Below, piece by piece: positions 1 through 10,050 of a stretch of 64,000 nt of DNA. Every line of letters begins with the position of its first letter. Position 1 is the first letter of the stretch. The translations under genes were made by a program, and so were the position numbers. Source of the DNA: Seison nebaliae (taxonomy: Eukaryota); contig JALJEE010001544.1 of NCBI GenBank assembly GCA_023231475.1, positions 1-64,000 of the forward strand, read 5' to 3'. The notes under the pieces are model-generated. The model did no database searches and was not told the origin of the DNA. It was given only the letters and a program-made list of their open reading frames with translations.

Positions 1-486
1 GTTCTTCCTCTATATTCTCTGGAAACGATCTTTCTTTGCACACAACGCTCTTTCTTGTCGATCGACCGTGCCTACAATCGGATTATCAGGAGATTAGTTT
101 GCTGTTTTCATAGATGTAATCGTTCTTTGCTCTTCGCCACGGTAGGTTTTCTCCCACTGCCAATCCTCTTTTCTCGTCGAATTTTTTCTCTCATCGATAA
201 AATTTGTGGTTCTTACCTCCGAACTTCCCACTTTTCCAATCTCAATCTGTTTCATATTCACTCAATCTTCTCCCATACTATTCGTTATTACGATTTACCT
301 CGTGACATTTCTCTTCATGATTTCAAACATTTCATTTTTTCCTACGACCCAATTTCATCCATGCCAATTGATCGTGAATCTCTTACCGTATTACACCACA
401 TGATCGATGATGGCGATGATCGTAATTTTTTTAATCTTTTTTCCAATTTATCCCGTCGGGAATTTCAATAAATTTAATAATAATAA
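1..486 (+). mobile_element. 3' end of a non-LTR retrotransposon (LINE) ORF2 with a (TAA)n tail; runs off the window start
   Basis: Frame 1 is open from base 1 to the stop at 471. The peptide VLPLYSLE...AYNRIIRRLV...LLFATVGFLPLPILFSRRIFSLIDKI resembles the post-RT/thumb region of LINE ORF2 proteins. (TAA)4 at 475-486 follows the stop directly. Confidence 0.55.
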
Positions 487-854
487 TATCCATTAATTAT
501 ATTCATTATTATACTAATAACTAAAAGGTAAGGAAAAAGGTAAAATATAGTATTTATTACAGATAATACATTAAAGAAATGAATTGATAATAAATTAAAA
601 ATAAATCCCAAAAATTATATTTATGTGCTGTTAAATAATGAAAATTATTTGAAATTTCTACAATAAATTAGTAGAGAATGGAATAATAAAATTTAAATAA
701 GAAGAAATTATTTGAAGTTTAAGCTTCGATTTTCAGAGAGGAATTGTTTATCTTTTTCCAATTCTCATGTATTTGTGAGAGAAGTAATTACTTTTACTCT
801 TTCATCGAAATTATTTAATTATCTTATTTCATTTAGAAGTAAAAATTTAGAAGG

Positions 855-1757
855 ATGATGGAGAATGAGATTCAAACGAAAACGGAAATCGCTCTTGATC
901 TAATGAGGCGATTGCCCCCACAAAGAATTCGTAGAAATTTGAAAAATATTATCGATATCATTCCCGAGATTACTGACAGTTTATTATCAGCAACGGATCT
1001 ACCTATCACCAAACGATTTGACGAAGAAGCAAAAAAATATTTTTTAACTTGTGATTATACACGTGACGGAGATTCATATCGATCACCATGGACTAATCAG
1101 TATTTTCCACCTATCGATGGTCATTTTCCTTGCGACGTCTTGAGACAATTAGAGATTGAAGCGAATGATGCATTTGAACAATACAAAGATATGTATTATG
1201 AAGGTGGATTATCCAGCGTATTTTTTTGGGAAGTGGATTTTCCATCTAAATTTGCAGGAATTATTCTGATAAAAAAAGATGCAAAACCTTCGAATGATAC
1301 TGATAACGCAACTGGATCAAAAAATGACAAAAATGACATTGTTAAAGGTTCTTGGGATTCGTTTAATATCATTGAAGTCGACATAAAAATTCCATCAAAA
1401 ATTGCACGTTACCGTCTCATAACAACGGTGATGTTATCTTTGGAATCGGGAAATGATATATGTGGAGTGATGAATATTACTGGCAGTCTCTCCAAACAAG
1501 AAGAAAGAGATCTTCCAATTTCTCTAACAAACAATAATTACAATTTGAGTCATATCTGCAATATTGGGAAGATGGTGGAAGAGATGGAAAATCGAATTCG
1601 ACACGAATTAAATTATGTCTATTTCGGAAAAACGAGAGATATTGTGAACGATTTGAGATATGTGCAAGATCGATACGATAACATTAACGTACAAAAGAAA
1701 TTAGGCGACACGATCATGGAGAATAAATCAACGATCGATCATCAACATAAAATTTAA
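855..1757 (+). CDS. CAPZB: F-actin capping protein beta subunit, intronless
   Basis: ALDLMRRLPP, FLTCDYTRDGDSYRSPW, YYEGGLSSV, GSWDS and HICNIGKMVEEME motifs match capping protein beta. Confidence 0.96.
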   Translation: MMENEIQTKTEIALDLMRRLPPQRIRRNLKNIIDIIPEITDSLLSATDLPITKRFDEEAKKYFLTCDYTRDGDSYRSPWTNQYFPPIDGHFPCDVLRQLEIEANDAFEQYKDMYYEGGLSSVFFWEVDFPSKFAGIILIKKDAKPSNDTDNATGSKNDKNDIVKGSWDSFNIIEVDIKIPSKIARYRLITTVMLSLESGNDICGVMNITGSLSKQEERDLPISLTNNNYNLSHICNIGKMVEEMENRIRHELNYVYFGKTRDIVNDLRYVQDRYDNINVQKKLGDTIMENKSTIDHQHKI

Positions 1758-1890
1758 ATTTTATTCTATTCAACTCTATTTCTTCTTCATATACAATTCC
1801 ATATTCTTTCATTTCCAACAATAAGAGAAATTAAAATAATCCATTTCTAATTCAATTTCTATTTACGAGTTTAGTGTTTAAAAAAAAAAG

Positions 1891-3339
1891 ATGAGTTTAT
1901 TATCTTTCGCTATTCGACGACGATTTTTGCTTTTCTTCTCTTATCGAGGTGGTGGTTATAGGTTTCCATTTTTCTATTAAGTTTTCTTCATCTGAAATAA
2001 ATTATCTAAATTTCGAAATAAATTGAAATTGATTAGTGGATTAGCGAGACAACCTGCACAGTCAGGTCCAACAATACAAGAAGCTTTGGAAGTTTATTTT
2101 TTTTCTATCAAACAACTTTTTTACCGAAATAATTAGGATATAGTTTCGGACTATTCTAATCGTAAAACTTCCCTTGAATTAAGTAGTCGGACTGATAAAG
2201 GTGTTCACGCTCTCACCAATACAGCTTGTTGTGATTATTGGGAGAAATTGTTAAACTTTTAAAATATTATTGATCCGTTTAGAATTTGAGTTTTAGAACG
2301 GATCTTTATCCCATTTCCAATCTGGAATATCTTCGTTTGTTGTTCAATTATCGATTGAAACATTTGGATCATAAAATTCAGTTAATTTTTAAAAGAATTT
2401 TCATAAAGTATAAATTTTTTTTAGTATCCAACGAATTTTGAGAGTTCCATTTCGTTTCTCTGCTCGATATAATGCTTCAAGTAGAACTTATATTTATAAG
2501 TTATTTCTCATAAATTTTTTTTGTAAATAAGATATTTTCTCATAAAGATTAGCGTATGATAATCAATCGAAAATTGAACATATAAAATCGAATCATCGAT
2601 TAAATGTTCGTCGACTATTTACAAAATTATCAGAAAATTCAAATCGTGTCACAAATTTACCTTTACATCAACAACAATCTATTCGATTAATTCGGTTAGT
2701 TTTTTTCTAGAAATTTTTGAATTAATTGGGCGAAGTGGAAAGTTCGATATAGAATTATTCAAAGAAGCTATTGCTATTTGTGAAGGACAACATAATTTTA
2801 ATGCATTTACTACAAATAAAGGTCGAGAGGCAAATCGAAATCCTATAAAATCATTAAAAACAGAAATAATATCTGCACCAGAAGAACAATTACATTTAGG
2901 AAATGAATTTATTGACGATCATTTAAATTATGTCAATTTGAAAATCACATCATCTTCTTTCCTTTATAAACAAATTCGACGAATGATCGATGTGTGGATA
3001 AAAGTTGCCCTCAAAATGATTTCGATCGAGGAATTGAAACAGATGTTGTTGATACCTCCAGATTATTATGAATCAAATCGAATTCAAACTGAACGAGCAC
3101 CACCGTTATCTTTACTCCATATCAATTACGATTGGGAGATGTTGAAGCATTTTCAAAAAGTATATGACGATTATGAAAATCAATTTCAGTCGACTGATCT
3201 CCCATCCATCAATTATGATGAAAGAACATTATTATTTCATAAAGAAAGTCTCGAATTGGATGATCAATTATTCACACAATTTAAATTCGTTAAACGTAAT
3301 CGAATACATCCCTCCTTCGAATACAATCAAGATATTTAA
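1891..3339 (+). CDS. PUSL1: tRNA pseudouridine synthase, TruA family (PUSL1-like), multi-exon
   Basis: Hand splicing gives MSLLSFAIRRRFLLFFSYRGGGYSGL...TIQEALE, the catalytic SSRTDKGVHA motif, FSARYNASSRTY, GQHNFNAF, SFLYKQIRRM and APPLSL. Introns are short GTT...AG. Confidence 0.85.
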
Positions 3340-3423
3340 AGAGAAAACCGGAAATTTATTAGGAAAATAACGAAAAAACTGAACAGAAAAAATACATGTA
3401 ACTTTATTGTGAAAAACATTTTT

Positions 3424-5136
3424 TTATTGGACTGAATGTCGATGAATTAGAGAGTCTTTTGTTATCAAAATTGACGGTCGGAGCATGATGAGACCATCAG
3501 ATTTATTTACATTTTTTTTCATCTTTTCCATAAAATTTTCATTTATTTTATAAAGATCTTTCACATTCAAATTGATACATGTCGATTCATTGTCAACTTC
3601 CATAATTGTTGAAATTAGCAACTTATTCTTTGCTTTCTTTTCTTTCATTGAATTAGAATTATTTGTCGTTTCCGAATGGAAACCACTATCTTTCGTTATT
3701 TCAGATGTTCGAGAAGTGTTCGATCTAATTTTCGACTGATTCTTTTTCAATCGAACAAACGTCACATTCTCTGACATTTGCTCTCCACTGTTAGTTCGAT
3801 GTCTATGAATATATTTTCGGAATGTCAACAAATTCTTCTTCCACGGATTCCATGGATGATTCGTAGAAGATTTGATTCTATCGATTAATGTTGCCGGTTT
3901 CGGTACTTCCATTGTGGTAGGAAAATTTATAGAGACTTTTCCATCTACGTCGATCGCATTTTGTCTCACCAATTTCTTTTCGATTGATTTGACTGATGTC
4001 GATTTTTTTATTCGTTTGTTACTCTTCGAACTATTCTCGGAATTGTTTAATGAAAATAAATTGATTTTATCATGAAAATCATCAGGTAATTCTGATCGTT
4101 TTCGTTTTTTTTCATTTTTCTGTATGAAATTTTGACGTTCTTCTAAAATGTGATAAATTTGATTATATATGCCACCCAATTTCCCATAAGGGACTTTCTG
4201 TTTCGCTTGTTTTATTTTCTCATAATTGAATCCCATTCGTATCATATTCCTCATTGTTCCTTGTTCAATCTTCCTATTTTCACATGTCATAATATTCTCA
4301 TTCATCTCCTTCTTATATCTAATCCATGTGTGTTTATAGATTTGTTGGAAGTTAAATCGTTTCTCTTTCTCATAAACGAGAATACGAGATATTAGATCTT
4401 TACATTCTTTCGATATAAAGAATGGTAAAGTGTATTGACAACTGATGACTTGTCGTCGAATTTCTTGATCATTTTCACCAAGAAATGGCAAATATCCACT
4501 CACCATCGTGAATAGTAGAACGCCCAAAGACCAAATGTCAGCGGATGTCCCGTCATGATCCTTTCCTTCAAATACTTCCGGTGCTGCATATGTCGGTGTG
4601 CCACACCAGGATTTTAATGGAACATTCTTTTGGAAGGAGGTGGCGAAACCGAAATCACATAATTTAATGTTGTTATTCTCAGTCAATAGAATGTTCTCCG
4701 CTTTCAAATCACGATGAACAATATTGTGACTGTGACATTTCTCTACTGAACGACAAATGTTATAGAACAGTTTCCGTGCATCATCTTCGTTCAATCGTCC
4801 ATTCTTACATAAATATTTAAATAGATTTCCATTTGGTAAATATTCAGTGACCAAATATAACATCGATGGCGTTTCCATTATTTGAAAGAGACGAATAACT
4901 TCCTTTACTTTTTGAAGTTTCTTCAAACTCTCAATCTCTAAATAGGCTCGTTCATTCTCCTCTTTATTCAATTTCTCCTTATCAATCACCTTCACCGCCA
5001 CATAATGAGATAGTAATGAATGTCTTGCTAATTTGACGAGAGAGAAATTGCCCTTATCAATCGTCGAATAGAATTCATAGAAGTTGATAATATTGCCCGA
5101 TGTGTTCAGTTGGGACTTGTTGGGAAAAGATTCCAT
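3424..5136 (-). CDS. AMPK-related Ser/Thr kinase, SIK-like, intronless
   Basis: KGNFSLVKLARH, VAVKVIDK, HRDLKAEN, CDFGF and SWCGTPTYAAPEVFEGK are present; WCG..YAAPEVFEG is typical of SIK. A UBA-like segment follows the kinase domain. Confidence 0.85.
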   Translation of the reverse strand: MESFPNKSQLNTSGNIINFYEFYSTIDKGNFSLVKLARHSLLSHYVAVKVIDKEKLNKEENERAYLEIESLKKLQKVKEVIRLFQIMETPSMLYLVTEYLPNGNLFKYLCKNGRLNEDDARKLFYNICRSVEKCHSHNIVHRDLKAENILLTENNNIKLCDFGFATSFQKNVPLKSWCGTPTYAAPEVFEGKDHDGTSADIWSLGVLLFTMVSGYLPFLGENDQEIRRQVISCQYTLPFFISKECKDLISRILVYEKEKRFNFQQIYKHTWIRYKKEMNENIMTCENRKIEQGTMRNMIRMGFNYEKIKQAKQKVPYGKLGGIYNQIYHILEERQNFIQKNEKKRKRSELPDDFHDKINLFSLNNSENSSKSNKRIKKSTSVKSIEKKLVRQNAIDVDGKVSINFPTTMEVPKPATLIDRIKSSTNHPWNPWKKNLLTFRKYIHRHRTNSGEQMSENVTFVRLKKNQSKIRSNTSRTSEITKDSGFHSETTNNSNSMKEKKAKNKLLISTIMEVDNESTCINLNVKDLYKINENFMEKMKKNVNKSDGLIMLRPSILITKDSLIHRHSVQ

Positions 5137-5245
5137 GAATTTGATTTGAATTTTTGATTGTTTTCTTTTTGTTGATTTACATACCGACTACTTTAGTAAC
5201 TATTGTGACGAGCGGATGACATAGGTAAGTTTTATATGATCTTAG

Positions 5246-5557
5246 TACGTAATCCAAATTCTTAGTTGACGTAATTGATTGTCATCAATATGTCATCAAT
5301 ATTATTAATCAATGAATAGAACAATAAAAGATGGTAAATGTGGTTGGAGAGTGTGGAAAAAAGGAAATATTCTTCCTTCACAAATTATCTCAAGCAATCT
5401 TTAATTTTTTAGATACTATTCCACTTCATTACTTCAACATCAACTTATATTTCATGCAATTAACAAATCTTCCTATTATTATCACGCGAATGATACGTCA
5501 CGAAAAAAGTGGGTTGACGTCACAAAATGAAGTAACTCCAAGTCAATGACGTCATTG
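5246..5557. promoter_or_regulatory. Cluster of CRE/ATF-like sites upstream of the SIK-like kinase
   Basis: Full TGACGTCA at 5515-5522 and 5547-5554, the latter inside the 14-bp palindrome CAATGACGTCATTG. Variants TGACGTAA (5267-5274) and TACGTCA (5494-5500). Confidence 0.6.
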
Positions 5558-6282
5558 TTGTAATTTTATTTTCATTATTATCATTCTTTCATCATTTCCA
5601 TTTCCTTAAAATGATTACACAATTTTAAATTTCTCTTTATAAATTATGTGCATGATTTTCGACCTGGAAATTTCACAGTTTCTCAACAAAAATAATTATA
5701 TTTCTATTAGACGATTATCGTCCCTACGGTATGACCCAATAGATGTACGGACACTCGATACATTGAAATCATTCGTCATTTACCAACAGATAAAATATTT
5801 ACCGTTTTATGATTATGTAAAGAATACGATTAAAATAAAGAAACTTAATGAACTTCAGGAAAAATATCAAAATGTTGTTTTTCTTTTTTTAATGTTTTGC
5901 GATGTAGAAATTTTTTTTTTTTAAATTATCCGAATATCCAAAATAAAAACAAATTTATTGATTTGAAATCAACTTTGTTCAAATTATAATAATAGTCGAT
6001 TGACAGGAAAGTAAATTAGTGTTTAGAATAAGTGAAAGTAGAAAATACTTAAAGTTTGAAGAATTTAAATTTGAGTTATGAAAATAATTAAGGCTGAATA
6101 AAACTTTGGTTATTTGGTTCCAAGGTGGATTAAAAATCCAATTGAAATTTGAATTGAAATATGAAACATGTTGAAGCGATTCTTTAAGAGAAAGCTTACT
6201 GTTATTATTATTATTTTTTTTTCGTTCAATTTTCTCTGTTTGAGAATTGAGAATAGAGAATTAACAATCTTTCAATTTTCCA

Positions 6283-7410
6283 ATGAGTGATTTAATGCCA
6301 ATCGATTGGAGTCAACTTTTGAGTGAACCAAGTCAAAGGAGAAATAATCATCCAACAACTTTCAATGATTTGAGAGCTCCTTATCATTCAAATGATCATA
6401 TGCCAATGTTTCCCTTGAATGATAAGAGTCAAACGAAAAGTAAATGTTCAACTCCCACTCAAAAAGTTAATGTGACAAGTTCCACTTATTCCCCAAAAAA
6501 TCAATGTTGTTCCAAGAAAAAAGGATTACGAGTCCAATGTTATCGATATCAACCACAACCACAAGAAACAAGTAATGACGATAAAGATGGATCGATGAAT
6601 GTCTCCGATCGAAAATCTGTTGAATCTTCACCAGATTTTTCATATGAATATTTTCCTGCTAATTCGATTTGTTTATCAGAAATTGAAAATTCATTGAGAG
6701 TTCAACGTTCAGAAATTCCATCCGTTTCAATTCCATCCCCATCAAATTCCAATCCAATTATATATCCATGTATCGAAACAACTCCAACGGAACAGACATC
6801 GAATTTCTTTCGAAGAATAATCGATAAATTATATTTTGTTTTATTCTCCCTTTTTTGGAAATTGTTTCGTTTTCAATTAGTCTCCAATGAAAATTCCTCC
6901 ATAAGCGAAGATTCTGATTCAGATATTTTAAATTATATCTATGAAGAAATAGAAGATATACGAGAAGAAGATAGTGCAGATGAATATCATGACGTAGAAA
7001 ATGTTGAAAATAAAGAGAATATTCGAATAAGAAAGTTGATGGATAATGAAATAAAAAAAGAGGAAAATGAGGACGCGAAATCGATATTAGATACGACCAT
7101 TATTCCAAATTATATTTCTTCATCATCGGGAACAGATGAATCGATTATATTATTAGAAGAACGAGAATTTAAAAAAACATCTTTGAAGAGAAAACGTCGT
7201 TTATTAAATCCGAAGAAGAAGAAAATGGATTGGAAGATTCTAGCTTATGATTCCATCATTCAATCTCAGGAAAGTCGAAAGAATACTCAAGAAGAAGCTG
7301 ATCCTTTAGAACATTTCGTTTTCTCTAAGGGCAAAATTGTGAAAACTTTAAATTTCCCCAATTATGTAGCAGAAACACCTAATTTCCGATTTAATGCAAA
7401 ATATCGCTAA
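6283..7410 (+). CDS. Hypothetical protein, 375 aa, low complexity with a hydrophobic segment and an acidic/basic C-terminal half
   Basis: Long ATG-initiated ORF in AT-rich DNA. No family recognised. Confidence 0.65.
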   Translation: MSDLMPIDWSQLLSEPSQRRNNHPTTFNDLRAPYHSNDHMPMFPLNDKSQTKSKCSTPTQKVNVTSSTYSPKNQCCSKKKGLRVQCYRYQPQPQETSNDDKDGSMNVSDRKSVESSPDFSYEYFPANSICLSEIENSLRVQRSEIPSVSIPSPSNSNPIIYPCIETTPTEQTSNFFRRIIDKLYFVLFSLFWKLFRFQLVSNENSSISEDSDSDILNYIYEEIEDIREEDSADEYHDVENVENKENIRIRKLMDNEIKKEENEDAKSILDTTIIPNYISSSSGTDESIILLEEREFKKTSLKRKRRLLNPKKKKMDWKILAYDSIIQSQESRKNTQEEADPLEHFVFSKGKIVKTLNFPNYVAETPNFRFNAKYR

Positions 7411-7505
7411 CTATTCTCCAATTACAGATTTCTATTTTTCTTATTGTTTTTTAATCTTTTATTTTTCCTCTTCTTTCTTAACCTTTAAATGTAAATAGAA
7501 TAAAC

Positions 7506-7572
7506 TGAAAGGAGAAAACTTGTTTTAAAAAAATAAATTGAAAGGAGAAAACTTGTTTTAAAAAAAATAAAT
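7506..7572 (+). repeat. Tandem duplication of a 33/34-bp unit
   Basis: TGAAAGGAGAAAACTTGTTTTAAAAAAA(A)TAAAT occurs twice. The second copy abuts the ATG at 7571. Confidence 0.9.
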
Positions 7573-9654
7573 GGAAACAATTCATTTGATAATATTTGCG
7601 CTAACAGTCACGGTAGGAGAATCGACTGATTTTATGAAAAATAATGAAAAAATTAGGTCATTGACAGAATCATGGAGAGGTTCACTTTATTGATTAAACT
7701 AATTTCAAGTAACTTTCAATGAAAGAGTATTGTCGTATAATTCCTCGATTGACTCCACATTTAAGATGCGATAGAATAAATATTGATCTTTTCTTCGAAA
7801 TTAGAAAGAACTTCTTCGAATCAGAAGTTCCGAAAAAAATATTTTGAATTAATTTAAAATTTCTTCTAATAGAATTCCAATTTGACAGTTGTCGTTTTCG
7901 ATGATATTCCGAAAGTACGTCTCAAAACTAATCTAACGTCTTCTATCGCTTACGATTCATCAAAGTTTAGTCGAATATATGAAAATATTCGAAAGAATAT
8001 TGACAATAACATAATAGTAATTGATGGTAATGGGAAATCATTTCGCATCTTCCAACTAATCGTCACATCGATGATCAATGGCAATCGATATATTTGGAAT
8101 ACATATGAATATTCGAAGAGACATGTCCTTTATTTTAATCGATCAGAATGTTCCTTTAGTAATATAACGAAAATGGATTTCTATCACGATACTAATGGAT
8201 TGATTAAGAAACATTTCACACCAATTGCCGTTATTGGTGATTTGGAAAAGATAAACAAACAGTATGAACATACTTATTTATCCGATTTCCTTAACCTTCA
8301 CAATACTGAGGATGAATCTAAGATTATGGGTCATTTCAATTTTACCAATTTCCAACAATATTGTCCACTACTTTGTCTCTCTTACAATCACACAGTTTCA
8401 TTTATAAAAATTCCTTAATTCAACCTCAATTTTATAGAAAAAACCATGTTATGGTTCAATGTCGTATGTTCATTGTAATTTTTACTTCTTTAATCCTATC
8501 GCAGAAAGTGGAACTGGATTCCGATTACCCTCTCAAGGAAACGACACAATTCTCTACTACATTCATGAAATTGGTTTGGAAATTTTTTGAATTTCAAATG
8601 ATGATTTTTAGATCCATTTCTGAAATTGAATAAGAAATTTCATTTTCATATTTATGATCGATTAGGAACAATGTTCCATAATTATGACACATTCATTGGA
8701 GATAATTTATGGCTTGGCTCTCAAACTTTACCTGAGATGAAGGATTGTTTCAATTATTGTCGAAACAAACATCATTGTCTAAGTTTTACGGTGAAACCGG
8801 TATGTACGTTATTTAGAAAACGAATATATTTTGATGAACGACGTTATGTCCATAAGAAGAATGAAACATATAAGATGGAATGTGTTCCACATCTCAAATT
8901 ATCTGATAACTTACAATCGTCATTCTATCAACATAATTTCCATATGTTCGCAACGAAAGAAAGTTATTGAATTTTATTTTCGTTCTCAATAATTGTCAGA
9001 TATCAAAAATGTTTTGGTTAACGGGAAAAAGGAAGAAAACAAGATTCTTCTTGGCATCTACTTCGAACATGAAGTTCGATGTGCCTATAAATCTCAAAAG
9101 ATTTTAATTCAATCTTATTTTGTTAACGAAGGTTGTAATTTGTAAGTAGTCTAGTTGTAAGAAAATTTACAAATTATTATTCAACATTCATTTTAGATTT
9201 ATATAGTGAAACTTTCTTCATGCTAAAACGTGAAGAGGCTGGAGAGAGACATTCAGCTACTTTTGAATTGTCGTCCAATTTCAATAAACATTTCAAAGAT
9301 AAAAAAATCTATATTTTTATTCCTGAAGAATTTTGCGTAAGAAAACCGAACGTTATTCTGTTGAAATTTAGTAAATTCTTATTCTTCTGTCATTTAGGTG
9401 AATGTAGTCGATATGACTAATAATAGACGGTTAAATATTAAATTAGTTCGGAGCTTCTCTTCAATGTCAATGGAAGTCTCATTTTTATCAAGAAAATTTT
9501 CTTTTCACAATTATCTTTGTAGAAAAGAAAAAAATCGTTAGAGAAACGATTCGGATTTACTCAACCGAAGTCCATGACTGGAGATTGGAACATATTCGAG
9601 TATTTAATTGATTTTGAAAAGAAATATAAAAGATTTGTACCATTCGAAATTTAA
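7571..9654 (+). CDS. Putative secreted multi-exon protein with a PAN/Apple-like Cys motif
   Basis: Signal-like N-terminus METIHLIIFALTVTVGES. Internal exon CFNYCRNKHHCLSFTVKPVCTLF fits the PAN pattern. ORF fragments are separated by short GTT..AG introns. Exact exon boundaries are uncertain. Confidence 0.55.
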
Positions 9655-10050
9655 AAAAATCCCTAAATTGTTCTAATTGTGAGAAATTTACATTCTCTTT
9701 TTTTTTTCAAATTACTTGAGATTAGTGATGTGTGAAAAAAAAGAAGAAATCACGTAATATAATTTGGGGATAAAGAGAAATTTTAAAATTTTTTTTAATA
9801 AAAGCCAAAATTTTAAAAAATAAATTATTTTTCTGAATTGCTGATTTGAAAAAAATTAAGTGAGAAAAATATTTTTCTAGATGTCTTGTACTGATGAGAA
9901 TGAAGTAATCTTCATTAATTTGACCGTTATGCGAATTAGCAAATTATGAATAGAAGTGATAAGAAATTGACGTAACTTTTTATTTCTTTCTAAAAGAGAT
10001 TTTTTATTTATATTCTTTTCACTTTCCACTCATTCTCTATTCAATAGCTG

